A stretch of DNA of 64,000 bases from Psilocybe cubensis (lineage: Eukaryota), in the NCBI GenBank assembly GCA_017499595.2, contig CM039008.1, forward strand, positions 2,108,001-2,172,000, in the 5' to 3' direction. A model generated the notes under the pieces. The model was not told the origin of the DNA. It searched no databases and worked only from the letters and a program-made list of their open reading frames with translations. How positions within the stretch are numbered: the stretch's first letter is position 1; each line of letters opens with the position of its first letter. Shown here piece after piece: positions 24,549-38,700 of the stretch. Both the position numbers and the translations under genes were made by a program.

Positions 24549-26741
24549 ATGGCAACCACTGCGACCAAGAAGACAGTTCACTTCGTATTCTCCGCGTTTC
24601 CAGCGTGGGGTGAGTTGCTCTCCGTTCACACTTCGAGTCGATATGCCCCATTCAGAAGCTGACCGTTCCTCGCCTCTTGGACCTCTGTAGGACACGCAAA
24701 ATCTTTCTGCGTATTGGCAACTCGTCTGGTCGAAGAGAACGAGAATGTTGTCATCACTCTGATTCTCGCGCCGAATCTGCTGGATAAAGCTGAGACGCTG
24801 ATAAATACCGAGTTAGATTTTTTGAATGCATCTGATGAGACTCGAAAACGTATCAGGTATGTCGTTTCGCAGAGCCAGATAAATACAAATGATGTCGAGA
24901 GCAGGATTTCTCACTGATGTGCATTATACAGACTTCTCTCAACTTTCAAGCCAGACTCGCCTGATTTGTTCAGCATGCTCAAACCTCTTGTTGAGACTTA
25001 TGCTAAAACCTATGGAACACTTGTGGCGTCCAAACCTATCACTTGTGCTATTACTGGGAAAGTTTTCGAAGCAGTATCGACCCCTGACATTGTTGTTCTC
25101 GACGTGAGCAATATTTGTTGGCATCATTGCCTCCCGACAAAACCTGACCTTTTATCAGTTCTTTGCATACCACCAGATGTTAGCCACGCGCGCCATCACT
25201 GGCAAAAAAGTACCTATTGTTACGTGGGTGACTGGACATGTATCGCATTCTCTTCGCTTGTTTGGGCCTGCTAGCCATGGAGGAGCGTTTGAGGACCTTT
25301 GGGATCGAGTTGAAGCGGAGGTGGCACGCACTGGTAAAACTCCACAAGAAATTGGGGACTCGGTACGTCAATTATAACTTCCAATTTTCTCGTATCAGCT
25401 CTGGGAATACTTATGACTGTTTAGGTTTATCATCAAACAGAAGGAAAGATATCCAAGATCGCGGGAGTGCCTGATATGTACGACTGGGAAGTCTTCCCAC
25501 AGACGGTAAGAGCTAACTGATATTGATCCTTTACTTCATATCTCACCGCCATTTTTATTCAGCTTCTGCTCGAAGTTCCTCTCACTGAAATCATCAAAAC
25601 TGCCCAAGGGTAAGTGCTCAGCAATCTATCTAAGGGAATAGAGCGGCGTGTGATGATTAAATATGTTCGACTCCAGAGGTCTCAAGGAATCCGATGCAGT
25701 ATTTGCGACGACGGCATACGGTTTCGAAGAGGAGTCAATTCTAGCGTTTAAATCTTGGTTTGCTAGCACCTCGAAAGAAGCTTATGTTATTGGGCCTATT
25801 CTATCCAACGCAACAGTTAAAGATTCTCCCGGTAGCACAGAGACAAAGGATTTCCTCGACAACGCATATGCCAAATACGGCAAAAACTCTGTCCTTTTGG
25901 TATGTTTTTTAAGACCTACTTGCATCTGTTGTCTCATGCCAACCTGACGGTATACAATTAGATCTCTTTTGGCACTATCTTTTGGACCGCAGAGCAAAGC
26001 TACATCGAAGAGGTGATTGAAGCATTGATCGAAAAGAAATTCCCCTTCGTGAGTCTCAGAGCTTTTTTTCTCTTTTCTCATTCATCAATCAACGTGCTGT
26101 AGATTCTAAGTTATGCATCGCCCTGGGCAAAGATGTCCGATGCGTTGATTGAAAAAATCAAGGCTACAGGCCTGGGTTTAATCTCAAAATGGGTTCCTCA
26201 ACAATATATCCTCAGCCACCCAGTATGTTCATTCTCACGAGATTTTGCATGTTCCACGGCTGATCTAATGTTTTTTGCAAGGCTACCGGCTGGTTCATGA
26301 CTCATGGCGGGCACAACAGCGTGATTGAGACACTCGGAAGTGGAATTCCTGTGTAGGTACTAGTACTACCCCTGTGTATTTTTGACGCTGACTGTATTTT
26401 TTGCCTGTAGAATCTGCTGGCCTTTTGAGGCGGACCAGCCCGTAGCTGCAGCACATATGACAGAAAACCTGAAAGTTGCTTTCGAGCTAATCGAAGTACG
26501 AACTGGAGCAAATGGAATGAAACCTTTGCTCAGGAACGGACGCCAGGCCAAAGGGACACGAGAGGCCGTTGGTGTTGAAATTAGAGAGGTCATCGATGCG
26601 TGCCGCAGTGAGAAGGGAGACGAGCTTCGTAGAAATGCCCAGGCCATTAAAGCCAAGTTCGCAGAAGCTTGGACAGAAAATGGTGTGAGCAGAAAAGAGT
26701 TCAGGGCCTTTGTGGAGAAGTTTGGCCTTGATATTTCTTAG
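24549..26741 (+). CDS. UDP-glycosyltransferase, GT1 family (copy 2)
   Basis: MATTATKKTVHFVFSAFPAWG|HAKSF, ISFGTIFW, WVPQQYILSHP|ATGWFMTHGGHNSVIETLGSGIPV|ICWPFEADQ. Same intron positions as copy 1. Confidence 0.93.
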
Positions 26742-26882
26742 GCAAATTGAGTTGGGCCATGTATAAACATGTATGAATACGAAATCAAGTTGATTCAGGA
26801 ACAATTTACTTCAGTGTACATAATCCTAGAGCATGTGAAAGGCATACCATAAAAATCAAAATCTGAAGTACGTTTCCGCCGA

Positions 26883-28738
26883 TTAATCATCCAGTGGAAC
26901 CGTTGTCCAGACCTCTGGGAACGGATACCAGGATTGTTCCAGTTCGTGGAGCTCTATAGATCCGTCCCAAATGCGTTGAATGCTAAAGTCCAACCACCTA
27001 TCTTCAAATTTGTGACTTTCCACCTGCATACGGTATTCAAACCCAACGCTGGAAAGAGTATGGAGCCTGCTAGCTAGATGCAATCCGAGTTGGCGGCGTG
27101 GCTCCTTCATACAATCATTTGGATCGACGGCATCCTTGTGGTACACATAAGCCTCTTGGAATGGAATGGCTATTCGGAGGCGCTGAATATGCTCATATCT
27201 TTCAAATGCATATTCATATTCTTTCTAACCAAAATTATAAAAGTAAAGCGGATGAACCATTGATGCAATAGCAATACTGCAATACTCACCCATCTACCAA
27301 TATGTCCCTCTTCTGCCCTGGCATGATATCCACATATTTCAACCTCAAGGCTCTCAAGCATCGGACATACCACTGCTATTCGACGATAAAGCACCGGAGA
27401 TGGTTCATCCTCCAACATAATCCTGAGAACCTTGAGATGTTTTGAGCAACCGGTTACTTCCATATGGTCCAACAGGCTGTCCACATATTCCAGACTATAC
27501 GCGATAGGAAGAGATGGGTGTTTTGCGATAGCTATTAAAGCTAGGGATTCCAAATTATAGAAGAACTGCAAAGCTGAGTCCATGTTGCACGCTGTGGTTG
27601 ACGCCGCGAAGTGTCTGATGGTTGAAAAGATTGTTGGTCGAGATCTATGTCTGGCATGTGGCGCAATTTTAAACCCAAGCTTCCGTCTAGCACCGGACGG
27701 TCTTAGTTCGTTGAAGAGGACCCGCAGGTCTTCTAGCTTAGGCATGCTTCCAACAATGTCAGCTAGTGAAGTACGGTATGATACGGACTCTAATCCCGTC
27801 AAAATTAATGTTTCAAGACTAGGCCACCATAGTTCAATAAGGTCCTCCACCCAACAATACCTCCCAGAGACGTGCAGATAGGTCAGCGTCTCTATACAGG
27901 CTAAGCGAAATATCGTTCCACGGACCCATCCAAGTACACTTCGGGAGTGAAATAGGTCTCCAATGTGATCCCAATAGTTTTTGCGGTACGGACGGGTATA
28001 ATAGATCATGTTACGATATCTTCGATCAACCGGACCCTCCCCCACTCGGTTAGTTTCGCCGACAGGGGTGAAGGAAAGTCTTTGAACATTGAAATTAGAT
28101 GGTACACTGTTTGGAGGAGGACCGTTCTTGAAAGGTGTATCAAGAATTTGCAAGTCCTTGATACTAGTTGATCGTAATATGGCAAGATATAGGGAGTCGG
28201 GTAGGTAAAATGGGCATGTTATACGAAAGGTTTGCATGTTTTCCATCTTGGGGAGTGCTTGTTCGAGTTTTACCAGGTCCTTAGGGAAGTGAGATCCGGT
28301 TAAGTATAGAAGTCCTTTATCTATAATGTCAAGAGAATCATCACGCCAGTCGTCAGGCCAGTCCAATATAAAAGTCCTTGAATTACTATTAGATGATTAA
28401 AAAAACACTCAAACGGGTAACACACTGAAAGTATGGCCATAATATCTCTGGAGGAAAGCTGTATCCAGATCCAGCGTCTTGGTGCTTTGACAAAGGCCAT
28501 GTAACAGATGAGAATAACAAGGGTTTAGTAGCATAACGAAAGTCGCGGGAAAGTTCGGACATGCTTCGTAGAGTAGTTCGTTTTTCCCTGTCGCTGAAAA
28601 ATGTGATATAATGCACAATTTTGCCGATAACATCAAGGTCAAGTTGGGCACCTGTAGCCGTTTCTGAGTTGCTATTAAGTATAAGCATTAGCACCCATAT
28701 AGAGATCAACACATCGATTACCTTTGATACAGCTGCAT
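26883..28738 (-). CDS. F-box-like/LRR-like hypothetical protein (paralog A)
   Basis: Likely MQLYQS|NSETATGAQLDLDVIGKIVHYI...LRSMSELSRDFRYATKPLLFSSVTWP (F-box-like N-terminus). A 398-aa middle exon has LxxLxL repeats (WPSLETLILTG, MPKLEDLRVLF, CPMLESLEVEIC). The last exon ends SWYPFPEVWTTVPLDD*. Start codon uncertain. Confidence 0.8.
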
Positions 28739-29008
28739 GGTTCATGTTCACATCCGAGTCGGCGAGTCCCCACGTTTAATGTTAGAGATCGGACTTGTAT
28801 CTGAGAACAAAACTGAGTTTTAATGCCCGAAGAGGTCGGCCGATATACATAATGCCGACTGATGACAAACAATTTGTTCTATTTCGATTCTATTTTGTCG
28901 ACCATCATGTTCTTCAGTCGTAAAACGAATTCATAGCTTGTTCTGCCCGTAGAGCTCAGACATAGCTCAGAGTCCGGAGAAACACTCTAAATCTTCTGTC
29001 TCACTATC

Positions 29009-30805
29009 ATGGCGCAACTCAATCTCGACGTTATCGAGCATATAATCGCCGAAGTCTGCACTTTCGACAGCAAGGACAGACAAGTCACTCTTCGTAGTCT
29101 GGGCCTTGTTTCTCGAGAATTCAATTTCGTCAGTCGACCGCAGTTGTTCTCCTTGGTGAAGTGGCCACATCCTTTGAAGCACGATAGCGAAGTGGGGTTG
29201 CACTTTTTTCCAGAATGTCTTTGGCCTCATTTCAAGTACGAATTTGGGTTGTCGGTTTGCATTCGTCTCACAGTTGAGTTTCCAGGACTTTTATATTAGA
29301 TTGGCCTGATTATTGGCCTGATTTATCTCCTCCAGCTTGGGGAACTATACATCAAGTCGAAGGATATCTACCAAAGCAATTGGACAAACTCGAGAAAGCG
29401 CTCCCACTCATGTCTAGACTCCACACATTCCAAATGACATGCCCATTTTATCCTCCTAAATCATTCATGCTTGCCATTGTCGGTTGCTCCACCATCAAGG
29501 ATCTGAGAGTTTTAGATACACCAATCAAAGCTGGTCTCTCCCCTAGCACATTGCCATCTGCGTTCAACCTCGATCGACTATCTTTCGTTCCCGTCGGCGA
29601 GACGAACAGGGTGGGCGAAGGTCCTTTCGACAAAAAATACCACGATATTGTCTATTATACTCGTTCTTACAGAAAACGACACTCAACTGATACCAGCAAC
29701 GGGGGATTTTTCCCGCGCATCATGCCTGGATGGGCACTTGTAAATATCTTCTGTCTTGCGAAACCAGAGTCGTTGAAGTACATTCAGATCTCTGGGAGTT
29801 ATTGTTCCCTCCATGACTTCAATGGCACCTGGTGGCCTAATTTGGAGACACTCGTACTCACAGGACCCGAAGCCATCCCGGATTCCACGAATCTTGCAGA
29901 CGTCGTCGGGAGGATGCCCAAGCTCTGGGATCTACGTGTACTGTTCAACAAAGCACTGGCAAGCCCAGCGCGGAACATCCACAGCAATCAACGACCCTGT
30001 TTCCGTATAGTCGAGCCTGGGCGTGATGCCGAATATGCTGCTCGTTCTGTCCAGCATGTTTCCGAACCAACTGTTTTTGGACAGATAAAATACTTCGCTG
30101 CATCAAACGTGTGTAGCTTGGACTCGGCCTTCAAGTACTTTACGTCTTTGGAAGGTCTGGCGCTCATAGCTGTCATCAATCACCCGCGTGTGCCGATTGC
30201 CAGGGGTGAGGAGGAAACACGTTCTTTGCTGGCAGATTTAGAAACTACGGGTAGCGGGAAGCGTCTGAAAGTTCTCAGAGTCATGGTGGAGTGCGGAATA
30301 ACTCCATCACTAATCTCTAAATTGGGCACGGTTTGCCCTTTGCTGGAAAATCTCGAGGTAGAAATATGCGGATATCGAGATGGGCCTTCAGATCTATACA
30401 TGGATATGACAGAGGAATGGGCAAGTGGCTATCATCCTGCTTTCCTATCATGGCCTAACCAGAACGTAGATTAAATTTGGAGATGCTCTACAAAAGTATC
30501 AACATATCGAACAACTGCGCGTTGGCATGGTGTTTTGCCAACATGACGATGTAGAGCTTGACTATGACACAGAAATCCTCCAACAACGCGAAGACCGCAT
30601 TGAATGCGCAAAGTATCTTTCTTCTCGAGCCCCAACCCTTCGCAGGATTGGATTTCAATATCGTATGAGGACAGGAAGCCATAGATACGAAGACCGATGG
30701 TTGGACTTTGATATCAAGCGCCTCTCTGATGGCACGATTGATTTGCATGAAATCCAACCAAGCTGGTACCCGTTCCCGGAAGTCTGGAAACATGTCCCGC
30801 TGTAG
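29009..30805 (+). CDS. F-box-like/LRR-like hypothetical protein (paralog B)
   Basis: MAQLNLDVIEHIIAEV...LRSLGLVSREFNFVSRPQLFSLVKWP. It is collinear with paralog A (RLSF.PVGETNRVGEGP; SWYPFPEVW). Three exons, the second intron being GC-AG (30421-30469). Confidence 0.85.
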
Positions 30806-31502
30806 GAACTGATAGCAAGTACCTGATATCTTCATGATTTCTCGCAGATGTATTTATGTTGAATGTCTTCATATTGTCTTGATTTTGTAGGCTATAGTAG
30901 TGTAACATGGTGTACATGTGCACCTATTTGGGTGTTAGTAGGGTATTTGGATGTTTTCTTGGTCGACAAGCTTGATTTTTTTTGTTCTGGCTTCGAAATC
31001 CAGAAAAATTGTAGGACAGAATTCCTGCCTAGCAGTCACCTTTTGGATCGTTCCCATCATCGAAATAGGCGATAATTTTTTTGACTGACGCATTCTTGAC
31101 GTAGTTTACAGAATATTTTACAGATCTATTAGTGTTCGCCCATCGAAGACTCGGAGTTTTCGAAGTATATCTCATAAAACTGATTATGCAGCACTCATGG
31201 AACATTAGTTCGATACTATAGTGACAAATGGCCGTGAATTATCGCTTAGTCCATCCAACGATTACATAGACGAAACTAAATATACTTCTCAAACTTTCAA
31301 CTGGCAGTAGGCCTTCAAAGCTTCAAGCTTCATCGTCAATAAAAGGCTTCGCCAAGCGATGGTTTATATCAAAATAGAAGTACTTTGATGTCCCCGCTAC
31401 CCGTCTCACTACCCCCAATATGGGAAACATATTTTGGTATAAGATAGAAATCAACCAGCCATTAAATTTTTCTCCTAATTGATAAGACCTCCTTATATCA
31501 CA

Positions 31503-33760
31503 ATGCCATCTGGTACGCCGTCCAGCACAGACGTCCACTTGCTGTTCTCTTGTGTCCCAGCCTGGGGTATGTATATGCCACCAGACTACTACGTCAGTAA
31601 AACCATATGCAAAATTGACACAATTTTTTGCTAGGCCATGCCAAACCTTTTTGCATTTTAGCAGCACAACTCGTCCAGGAAAACAAAAATGTGATTGTGA
31701 CTTTGTTACTTACTCCAAGCCTTCTGCAGCAAGCAAAAGCCACAATATCAACCGAGCTTTGCGGTTGTATTGATAACGACGAAACAATTAGAAGAAGACT
31801 GAGGTGTGTTCGTACTGGGACAAATATGTAGCAAGTCAAACCTGATGTTAACTTTCCATGGTTTATTAGGATTTTGAGTACATTCAAATCAGATTCATCA
31901 AACTTGTTCAGTCTTCTCGATCCCCTTATTCGAAGCTACGAGACCATATACCGTGATTTGTGGAATTCCAGGCCGATAACTTGCTCGATGACAGCACAGA
32001 TTTTTGACGCCGTATGCAAGCCTGATGTTGTTATTCTCGATGTAGGTATATCTAGCAAGTGCATGTATACACTCGAACACAATTGACTAATTGTGATATA
32101 TTTATTTAGTTCTTTGCTCATCAACAAATGCTAGCCACTCGCGCTGTTTCCGGAAGAGCCATACCCATCGTGGCATGGGTGACAGGCCATATAGCTCACA
32201 TCAGCCACATATTTGGTCCCACCAGACTTGGGGGTTCTGACGTGGGTTTCACCGCCAGGATTGAAGAGGAAATGAAACGTACGGGGCTTGCAGCCACAGA
32301 AGTAGGTGATATCGTAAGTCTGGCTATCCTGTCCCTTCGAAGATGCACGACTGACGTTGTTACGGATTGGAAGGTGTATAAGCGTACAGATGGCACAATA
32401 GTGAATGTTCCAGGAGCACCGGCCATGTATGACTGGGAGTTCTTCCCTCAGCTGGTAAATATAACGGATTCATTCTACTATATCTTAACCTTTCATTGAG
32501 TACACATCCGCCTGTTTTAGCTCCCCTTCAATGCGCCACAATGGGTTGAAATCGTCATTGCTGCTGAAGCGTCAGTCATACTGTCATATTCAGATATTGC
32601 TGCTGATGTATCTACAAAAAATATTTTACAGAGGCCTTAAGGAGTGCGATGCAATATTTTCAACGTCTGCACATGCCTTCGAGGAAGAGTCTCTAGCCGC
32701 CTTCAAATCTTGGTTTTCAACGCAGCAGAAAGAAGTGCACGTTATCGGCCCTTTTCTCTCATCTAAGAAGACAGTAGATGAATCTCTCTATGCAGCCGCT
32801 CGCGATTTTCTTCTGCATGCGCAAGAGAACTATGACGAGAATTCGGTTCTTCTCGTAGGTGTTTCGTATATACATTCTAAAAATATCCAACAGCGCTTAC
32901 GAAAGTGATCGTTCACCGTACGTCTGAGTGCTTAGATTTCTTTCGGGACAATCTTCTGGCCAACAGTGCATGGTTACATTGAGGAAGTCATAGAAGCGCT
33001 GGTGGAGAAAAAATTTCCTTTTGTAGGTATTGCTTTTCTGCCTCTCTGAAGGCCAATACACCAACTAGAAATCAGATTATTACGCACGCATCGCCTTTTG
33101 CTAAAATATCGGAAAACCTCGTGCAAAAAGTTCAAGCGACAGGAATTGGGCTAATCTCAAAATGGGTCCCACAGCAATATATCTTAGACCATCCGGTGTG
33201 TTCATCAGAATTGTAAGGCATCTATCTCTGAACGGACTATTCTAGGCCACCGGCTGGTTCATGACACATGGTGGACAAAATAGCGTTCTGGAGGCGCTTG
33301 GAAGTGGGATTCCAATGTAAATTTATCATCAGTGTGATATAGCTGGCGGCTGAACATGACCATGCATAGGATCTGTTGGCCTTTCGAAGCTGACCAACCG
33401 ATCGCTGCTGCACATATGAGCGAAAATCTCAATGTCGCATTTGAGCTAGTCGAAGTCAGGACTGGAGAACATGGCATGAAGCCTCTGCTGCGTCGGAACG
33501 GGAGGAAAGCCAAAGGGATGCGCGCAGCTGTAGGTGCCGAGATTCGTGAAGTCATTGATGCTTGTCGTGGGTTAAGAGGAGCCGAACTAAGAAGAAACTC
33601 CGAAGCTCTGAAAGCGAAGCTTGCAAAAGCATGGGGCGACGAAGGTGCTGGCAGGAAAGAACTACGTGCATTCTTGATGAAGCATGGACACGAAATATCA
33701 TGTAGACCCCTGCAGAACGGAGACATATGCAAAACGTGCCTTCAAAATCTGCTTAGATAA
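31503..33760 (+). CDS. UDP-glycosyltransferase, GT1 family (copy 3)
   Basis: MPSGTPSSTDVHLLFSCVPAWG|HAKPF, ISFGTIFWP, WVPQQYILDHP|ATGWFMTHGGQNSVLEALGSGIPM|ICWPFEADQ. Shared intron positions and a short Cys-containing C-terminal extension. Confidence 0.92.
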
Positions 33761-33867
33761 GGATAACAATGACAACACAGGATAGAGAAAGAAAAAAAAA
33801 TGACTTTAATTCGTATAAATATCAGACCGTATGCCTACAAACTCAATCCTTTCACCTGCAAGCACCA

Positions 33868-35764
33868 TCAAAAGAGTCCAGCTAGATCGGCGAATGGATC
33901 CTTTGCTTGTTGACCAGCTGCAGGGGCCGCAGTTCCGGATGACGACGTAGATGCAGTGTTGGACGTTTGTGTTGGCTGAATTGGCTGTTGAGCGTGGAAT
34001 TGCACATGTGGTTGTGGCTGAGGATTAAGACCAAACGACCCAAAGGGTTGCTGAGGCTGCCCTCCCATGCCACCGAACCCCACTCCCCCCACTGTCGTTC
34101 CTGGGGTCATGCCCATACCGGAATAGATTGGTGCTTTCCCGGTATTTACTGGATTGCTGAAGTAATTAGGAGACTGAGATGGCATGTGTAGCTGCGAAGG
34201 GGCAGGCTGCGGTGTTCCTGGCAAAACAATTGATGCAGGAGGGGTTGCTGACTGCGCATTTGGTGGTGACATGGATGCTGGGCGAACAAAGCCTGCCCCG
34301 TTGTGGAACAGAGGAGTGGGCGAGTGGGTTTGGAATGGTTGTTGCTGTTGTTGCTGTTGCAACCCAAATGACCCACCCACTGATAGAGGTTGCTGCTGTA
34401 AAGGTTGGATAGGCGGCGACGAGAAGAGGCCAGAAAGGTCGTTAGAAACAGGTTGACTGCTTGTTGACGGTGCAGCGTCATCAAAATCAATCAACGATAC
34501 CCCAGCATTGGAACTGGAGCCTCCGTTACTTAGTTCCTGGGGTATAGGGTTAGATGCAAAGGTATAGTCGCCTTTCTTGAAAGCCTCGTATCGAGATAGG
34601 ACGGTGTTGATTTGGTCATTTATTTGAAGGAAGGTATCTTAAAATACAGTTGAGTTTTGAAGCATCAATAATTGAAACATTAGTTTTATTATACATACCA
34701 AGTGATTCAGGATCTTCAGTTTCAGCATCTGAAATCCATTTTTGCAGCTTCGGCCTGGCTGTTATAAGTATCGATGATACTTGCTGGATCTCCAATCAGA
34801 GAATGCCAAATATTTAACAGAGATATCTTACATCATAAGCATCCCCTGTAACAAATCGTTCGCCTCGCTCAGCATCCACGTTATCAAGCATTTCATTCAG
34901 TAAAATAACTTTTTGCTCGAGCTTGTTAAGCTCTGTTAGAGCTTGCGAGCGATAGTCAGGCTTTGCATCGGGGTTGGCACCAGCTAGCGATTTCATCAAT
35001 TCTTGAGCAGCAGCTAGATCGCGAGGGGTGCCACGTCTTATGAGCTCTTGCAGCTTAGCGGACTGCGCAGCGCGATCTTCCTCTTCAAGCTCTTCAGCAG
35101 ATTTAAGATTCTATACACAAGTCAGAATGCATTAACATGTGTAGATGTTGCACTCACAGCAGTTGCATTGGCAGCGGCATTTGAGGCCCGTGGTGCATCT
35201 CTAAACCTGTAGCCCTTGAATGTCAGGAGCCTATGCATATCTCTGATGTTGCCCAAATCTTCCTTCCAGCGACTCTCGACACATATACCCTCTTTCCATC
35301 CATTTATCAACTCCAAGATCCTTGACATGACCGGACCAGGAAAGGGTGGCGGGCGTTCGGGGAAGCGGCGAACGAGTTCGTTCAAGAACTCTTTGGTGGA
35401 TACCTGGAGGTGGAAAGGGTATCCACATGATTGAACGAGAGTGTCGAGAAGCGAAAGCGCCAGTATAGCAACATGAGGGTTTCGGTGATTTGCAAGACGC
35501 GCTAACATCATTGCTGCTTCTCGGGGGCTGGTTTCAAAGAACAAAGTATCATTGGGAGGCGAACACATAATCAGTGGTGCGCATACATGGTGATTTATCG
35601 CTAAAGACTTACTTGTTAGCCTTTTTCTGATTGATATACTCTGCAACCTCCAGATGCAGAGCATAGTTGGGCTCATGCAACGACGGCTCGCAGGCACGAG
35701 TGATGAGTACCTCGAGAGGCGACACTCTTAACCAACTCGAGGGTCCCGTCGGGCTGTGCAACAT
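33868..35764 (-). CDS. GGA-like clathrin adaptor (VHS + GAT domains, no gamma-ear domain)
   Basis: ATG at 35764. VHS: LITRACEPSLHEPNYALHLEVAEYINQKKAN|PREAA...LLDTLVQSCGYPFHLQVSTKEFLNELVRRFPERPP. GAT: LKSAEELEEEDRAAQSAKLQELIRRGTPRDLAAAQELMKSLAG. Then an LIDFDD motif, a Q/P-rich tail, and ...DPFADLAGLF*. Confidence 0.88.
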
Positions 35765-38700
35765 CGTAGATATCTATCGGTGTTCTTCTGCGCCAATAGG
35801 TTGTTCCTCTCCTTGTAGACAATGAGTAATAGAGAGATCGATGGGCTCAATGAGCTCGTTGTGCGTAATCAAGTGACTGTAAGAGCAAAGCAGCTGGTCG
35901 GGGTGGTCTCGTGGCAAATTCCGGTGCGCGGTCGTGGCCAAGTGGCTGTCCATGCCTCTTTCGTCCGTGCCATTATCAACAACACCGAAGAACTCGTACG
36001 AACTCATGATGCGGTTGCGACGTTCTTAGACACTACTGTAGGCACCAGTACCCTGTGAAACAGCACCAATGGTGAGCGGCAAAGCCTTGCGTACGTGTTG
36101 CAGGTCTTGCCCAATTTTAGATACTGGCAAGCACTGTATAGTCGAATATCTTTTGTGGAGGACATTCTCTAGAGGTGCGTCCTTACATGCTATATATGAA
36201 AGTGTGTTCTATAGCAAATTCGCTCTTAAACAATTTGAGACTTCCTAGATTGACACGAATAAAGGCAAGTTTTTTCTTTTTTGCATGGCTAATCATATCG
36301 CTGATATCAAGTTCAACGTTTTTATTAGGAACTTCCGAAGCAAGATTTGATATAATGGCGCGAACGTCATAATGCAATCCGACTTTCACCGTCAAAGCCA
36401 TCTCAACCGTCACATTAGCTAATTGTGCAGTTCCCTGTTTTTGACGGCGACTCATTCAGCTGGCATGTATGCGCTTGGCGGCTCTGCAAACTAGTCCAGA
36501 ATATACCTCACATCTTGCTTGGTACGACGTACTGTGATGGGAATTATCGACGACGGAAAGATATTTCGGTCTCAGCATCGTTAAGTTATTTTTGAGAAAA
36601 CGCGAGTTCGGTTCAGTCAATTTAATGTTTAGGGTAAGGACTCGCCGAGTGCAATACGGTGCGTTGTAGTAGTAGCATTTCAACGAATAATGAAGCTCAA
36701 CTTCAATTATTTAGATGCATTCGACCAGCATTCAAGAACGTGAGATGCTATCCACGTTAGCACGTTAGGATATATACCCTTTTACCAGTGAACAAAACAC
36801 ACCCGCTACCGTCTACCAAGCTTGCGATAGGATTTAAACGATTCGTCTTCCGACATCAAGAGTCTTATGCCGCCATTCCGTCCCTTCCATCTCCTGGTGT
36901 CATTATTACTCAATTACTTTAGCGTCTCTTTTGCATTTGCTTCCACTTGCTCATATGACAAATAGCTCTCGAAAACGACTTCGAAGCGTCTACCCAGAAT
37001 GCGCAAAGGGAAAGAATCTTGCAGTTGTGCTAGCTTCCTCACATAGCAAACTGGCTTCGCTATCGCTCCCCCTCACAAGGAAAGCTCATCAATGGGAACG
37101 GTACAAAATGGTACAAACGCTGTCCTTCGTAATGCATTAAAAGGAGTTTCTTATCATGACGGAAACTATGACATGGTCAAAGACTAGTGAGTGCGATTAG
37201 TCTTGACAAATATTAAGGAGAGTGGGGGTTCCTAACTTGATTTTACAGAAGTGTGTTTATTATCGGCGGATGCTAACCACACTTTGGAAACAACACTTGC
37301 TAGACCTTTCACGACTTATTGTTTGGCGGGACGCCCATCTCATACCGCCTTCTACTGCATTATCCTCAGATCGAAGCTTCGGCAAGTTTCATTTCCTGCC
37401 GCCACTCAGCGTCCTGCTGTCAATTTTGAAGCACAAGTCCACCTGCCAGAAAGTCACCTCCCCTCCATGAAAATAGTACTTCGGAAACAATGAGAGCCAG
37501 AGCCACGATAAATACTTGAACCTCCAATCGAGTACGCTGCAAGGTCAAGCGCAGTTTATAGCATTGAGAAAGATATCAAACGGCTCGGTTCACGGTCCCA
37601 AAGGTGGTTAGCTGGCGGAAATGAGGGGGTCGTTTCGCCAAAATCGCGTTATATATTAAACGTCTGTATCCGCCCCCGCGAAGCGAACGTTCGATTCGTT
37701 ACGTTGGACCTTCAGTCAGACGCTCCATATTTTAAACGGAACCGGTGAAAGCTTGGAAGGTTGTGTTCAATTATTGCAATGCATTCATCGCCATACTGCA
37801 GCCATTGGCGAAACAGAATTGGTCATCCAGAATGTCTAGGACCAAAATTGTTGCACTTTCCAAATAATTGGGTTGCGCCAGCGTCTTGCGAAGTTACACG
37901 CTCTGTTTGCCTCTAGGCTTCAGAGTTCATGAACGTGTGGCACTTCCTTCCAAGTTCTTCCTCTTCCAATGCTTGTGCATGGCCGTTTAGCTTTCACGCA
38001 TTCCTCGATGCCGCGGTACCTCCAGGAACACGTTTCACATCCCTGGAGGCTCCATCAGCTCAAAAGTCAAGACTCAGAGCTGAGACCTCTTCGCCGACGG
38101 TTTAATAGTTTGGGTTTGAAGACTAAAGCTACCTGAGTATTAGAACGTGACGCCGCTTTAAAAGCATAAATTCAAAACACATCACGTCCAGGAGACACCA
38201 TTTCGTTTTTCGTACATCGTTCTGATCATGGGCGGCAATGACGTTGTACAATGGTTCGCATATTCTTCCGCTCTTGCCTGTCATGGGCGCCTTCCCTTTT
38301 CCTTTTCTCTCTCTGCTGACGTCGATGTGGTGAATCCATCCGAGGACGTCACATACATTTTCATTATCGAGGGATCGTGACTTTTTTGGACCAATCGATT
38401 GCCAATTGAACCGCTTCTACGAGCCTCAGTTGAACTGGTGTACAGATACGAAGCTTGAAACCACAAAAACCATGGTTCTAAATTCTGGCACAAAGTTTGG
38501 AGACAAGAGGCTGGGTTGACTTCAGATTTGACCAGTGTCGGTCAATTTTCACTGTTCTCTACATGTTCGAGTATCGCCATTGCGTGTTTTAGTTACTTGC
38601 ATACGGCGTTTCAAGACCCCTTCTTGCGGAGTTGATGATGTCCTTGTGAGTTTCTTTGCCTGACAGTCTGCGCGGATAAGTCTAATAGTTTATTCAAGAA

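Noticed and set aside
36183-37493. Short ORFs and splice-like signals upstream of the GGA-like gene
   Set aside because: No recognisable homology and no consistent exon chain.
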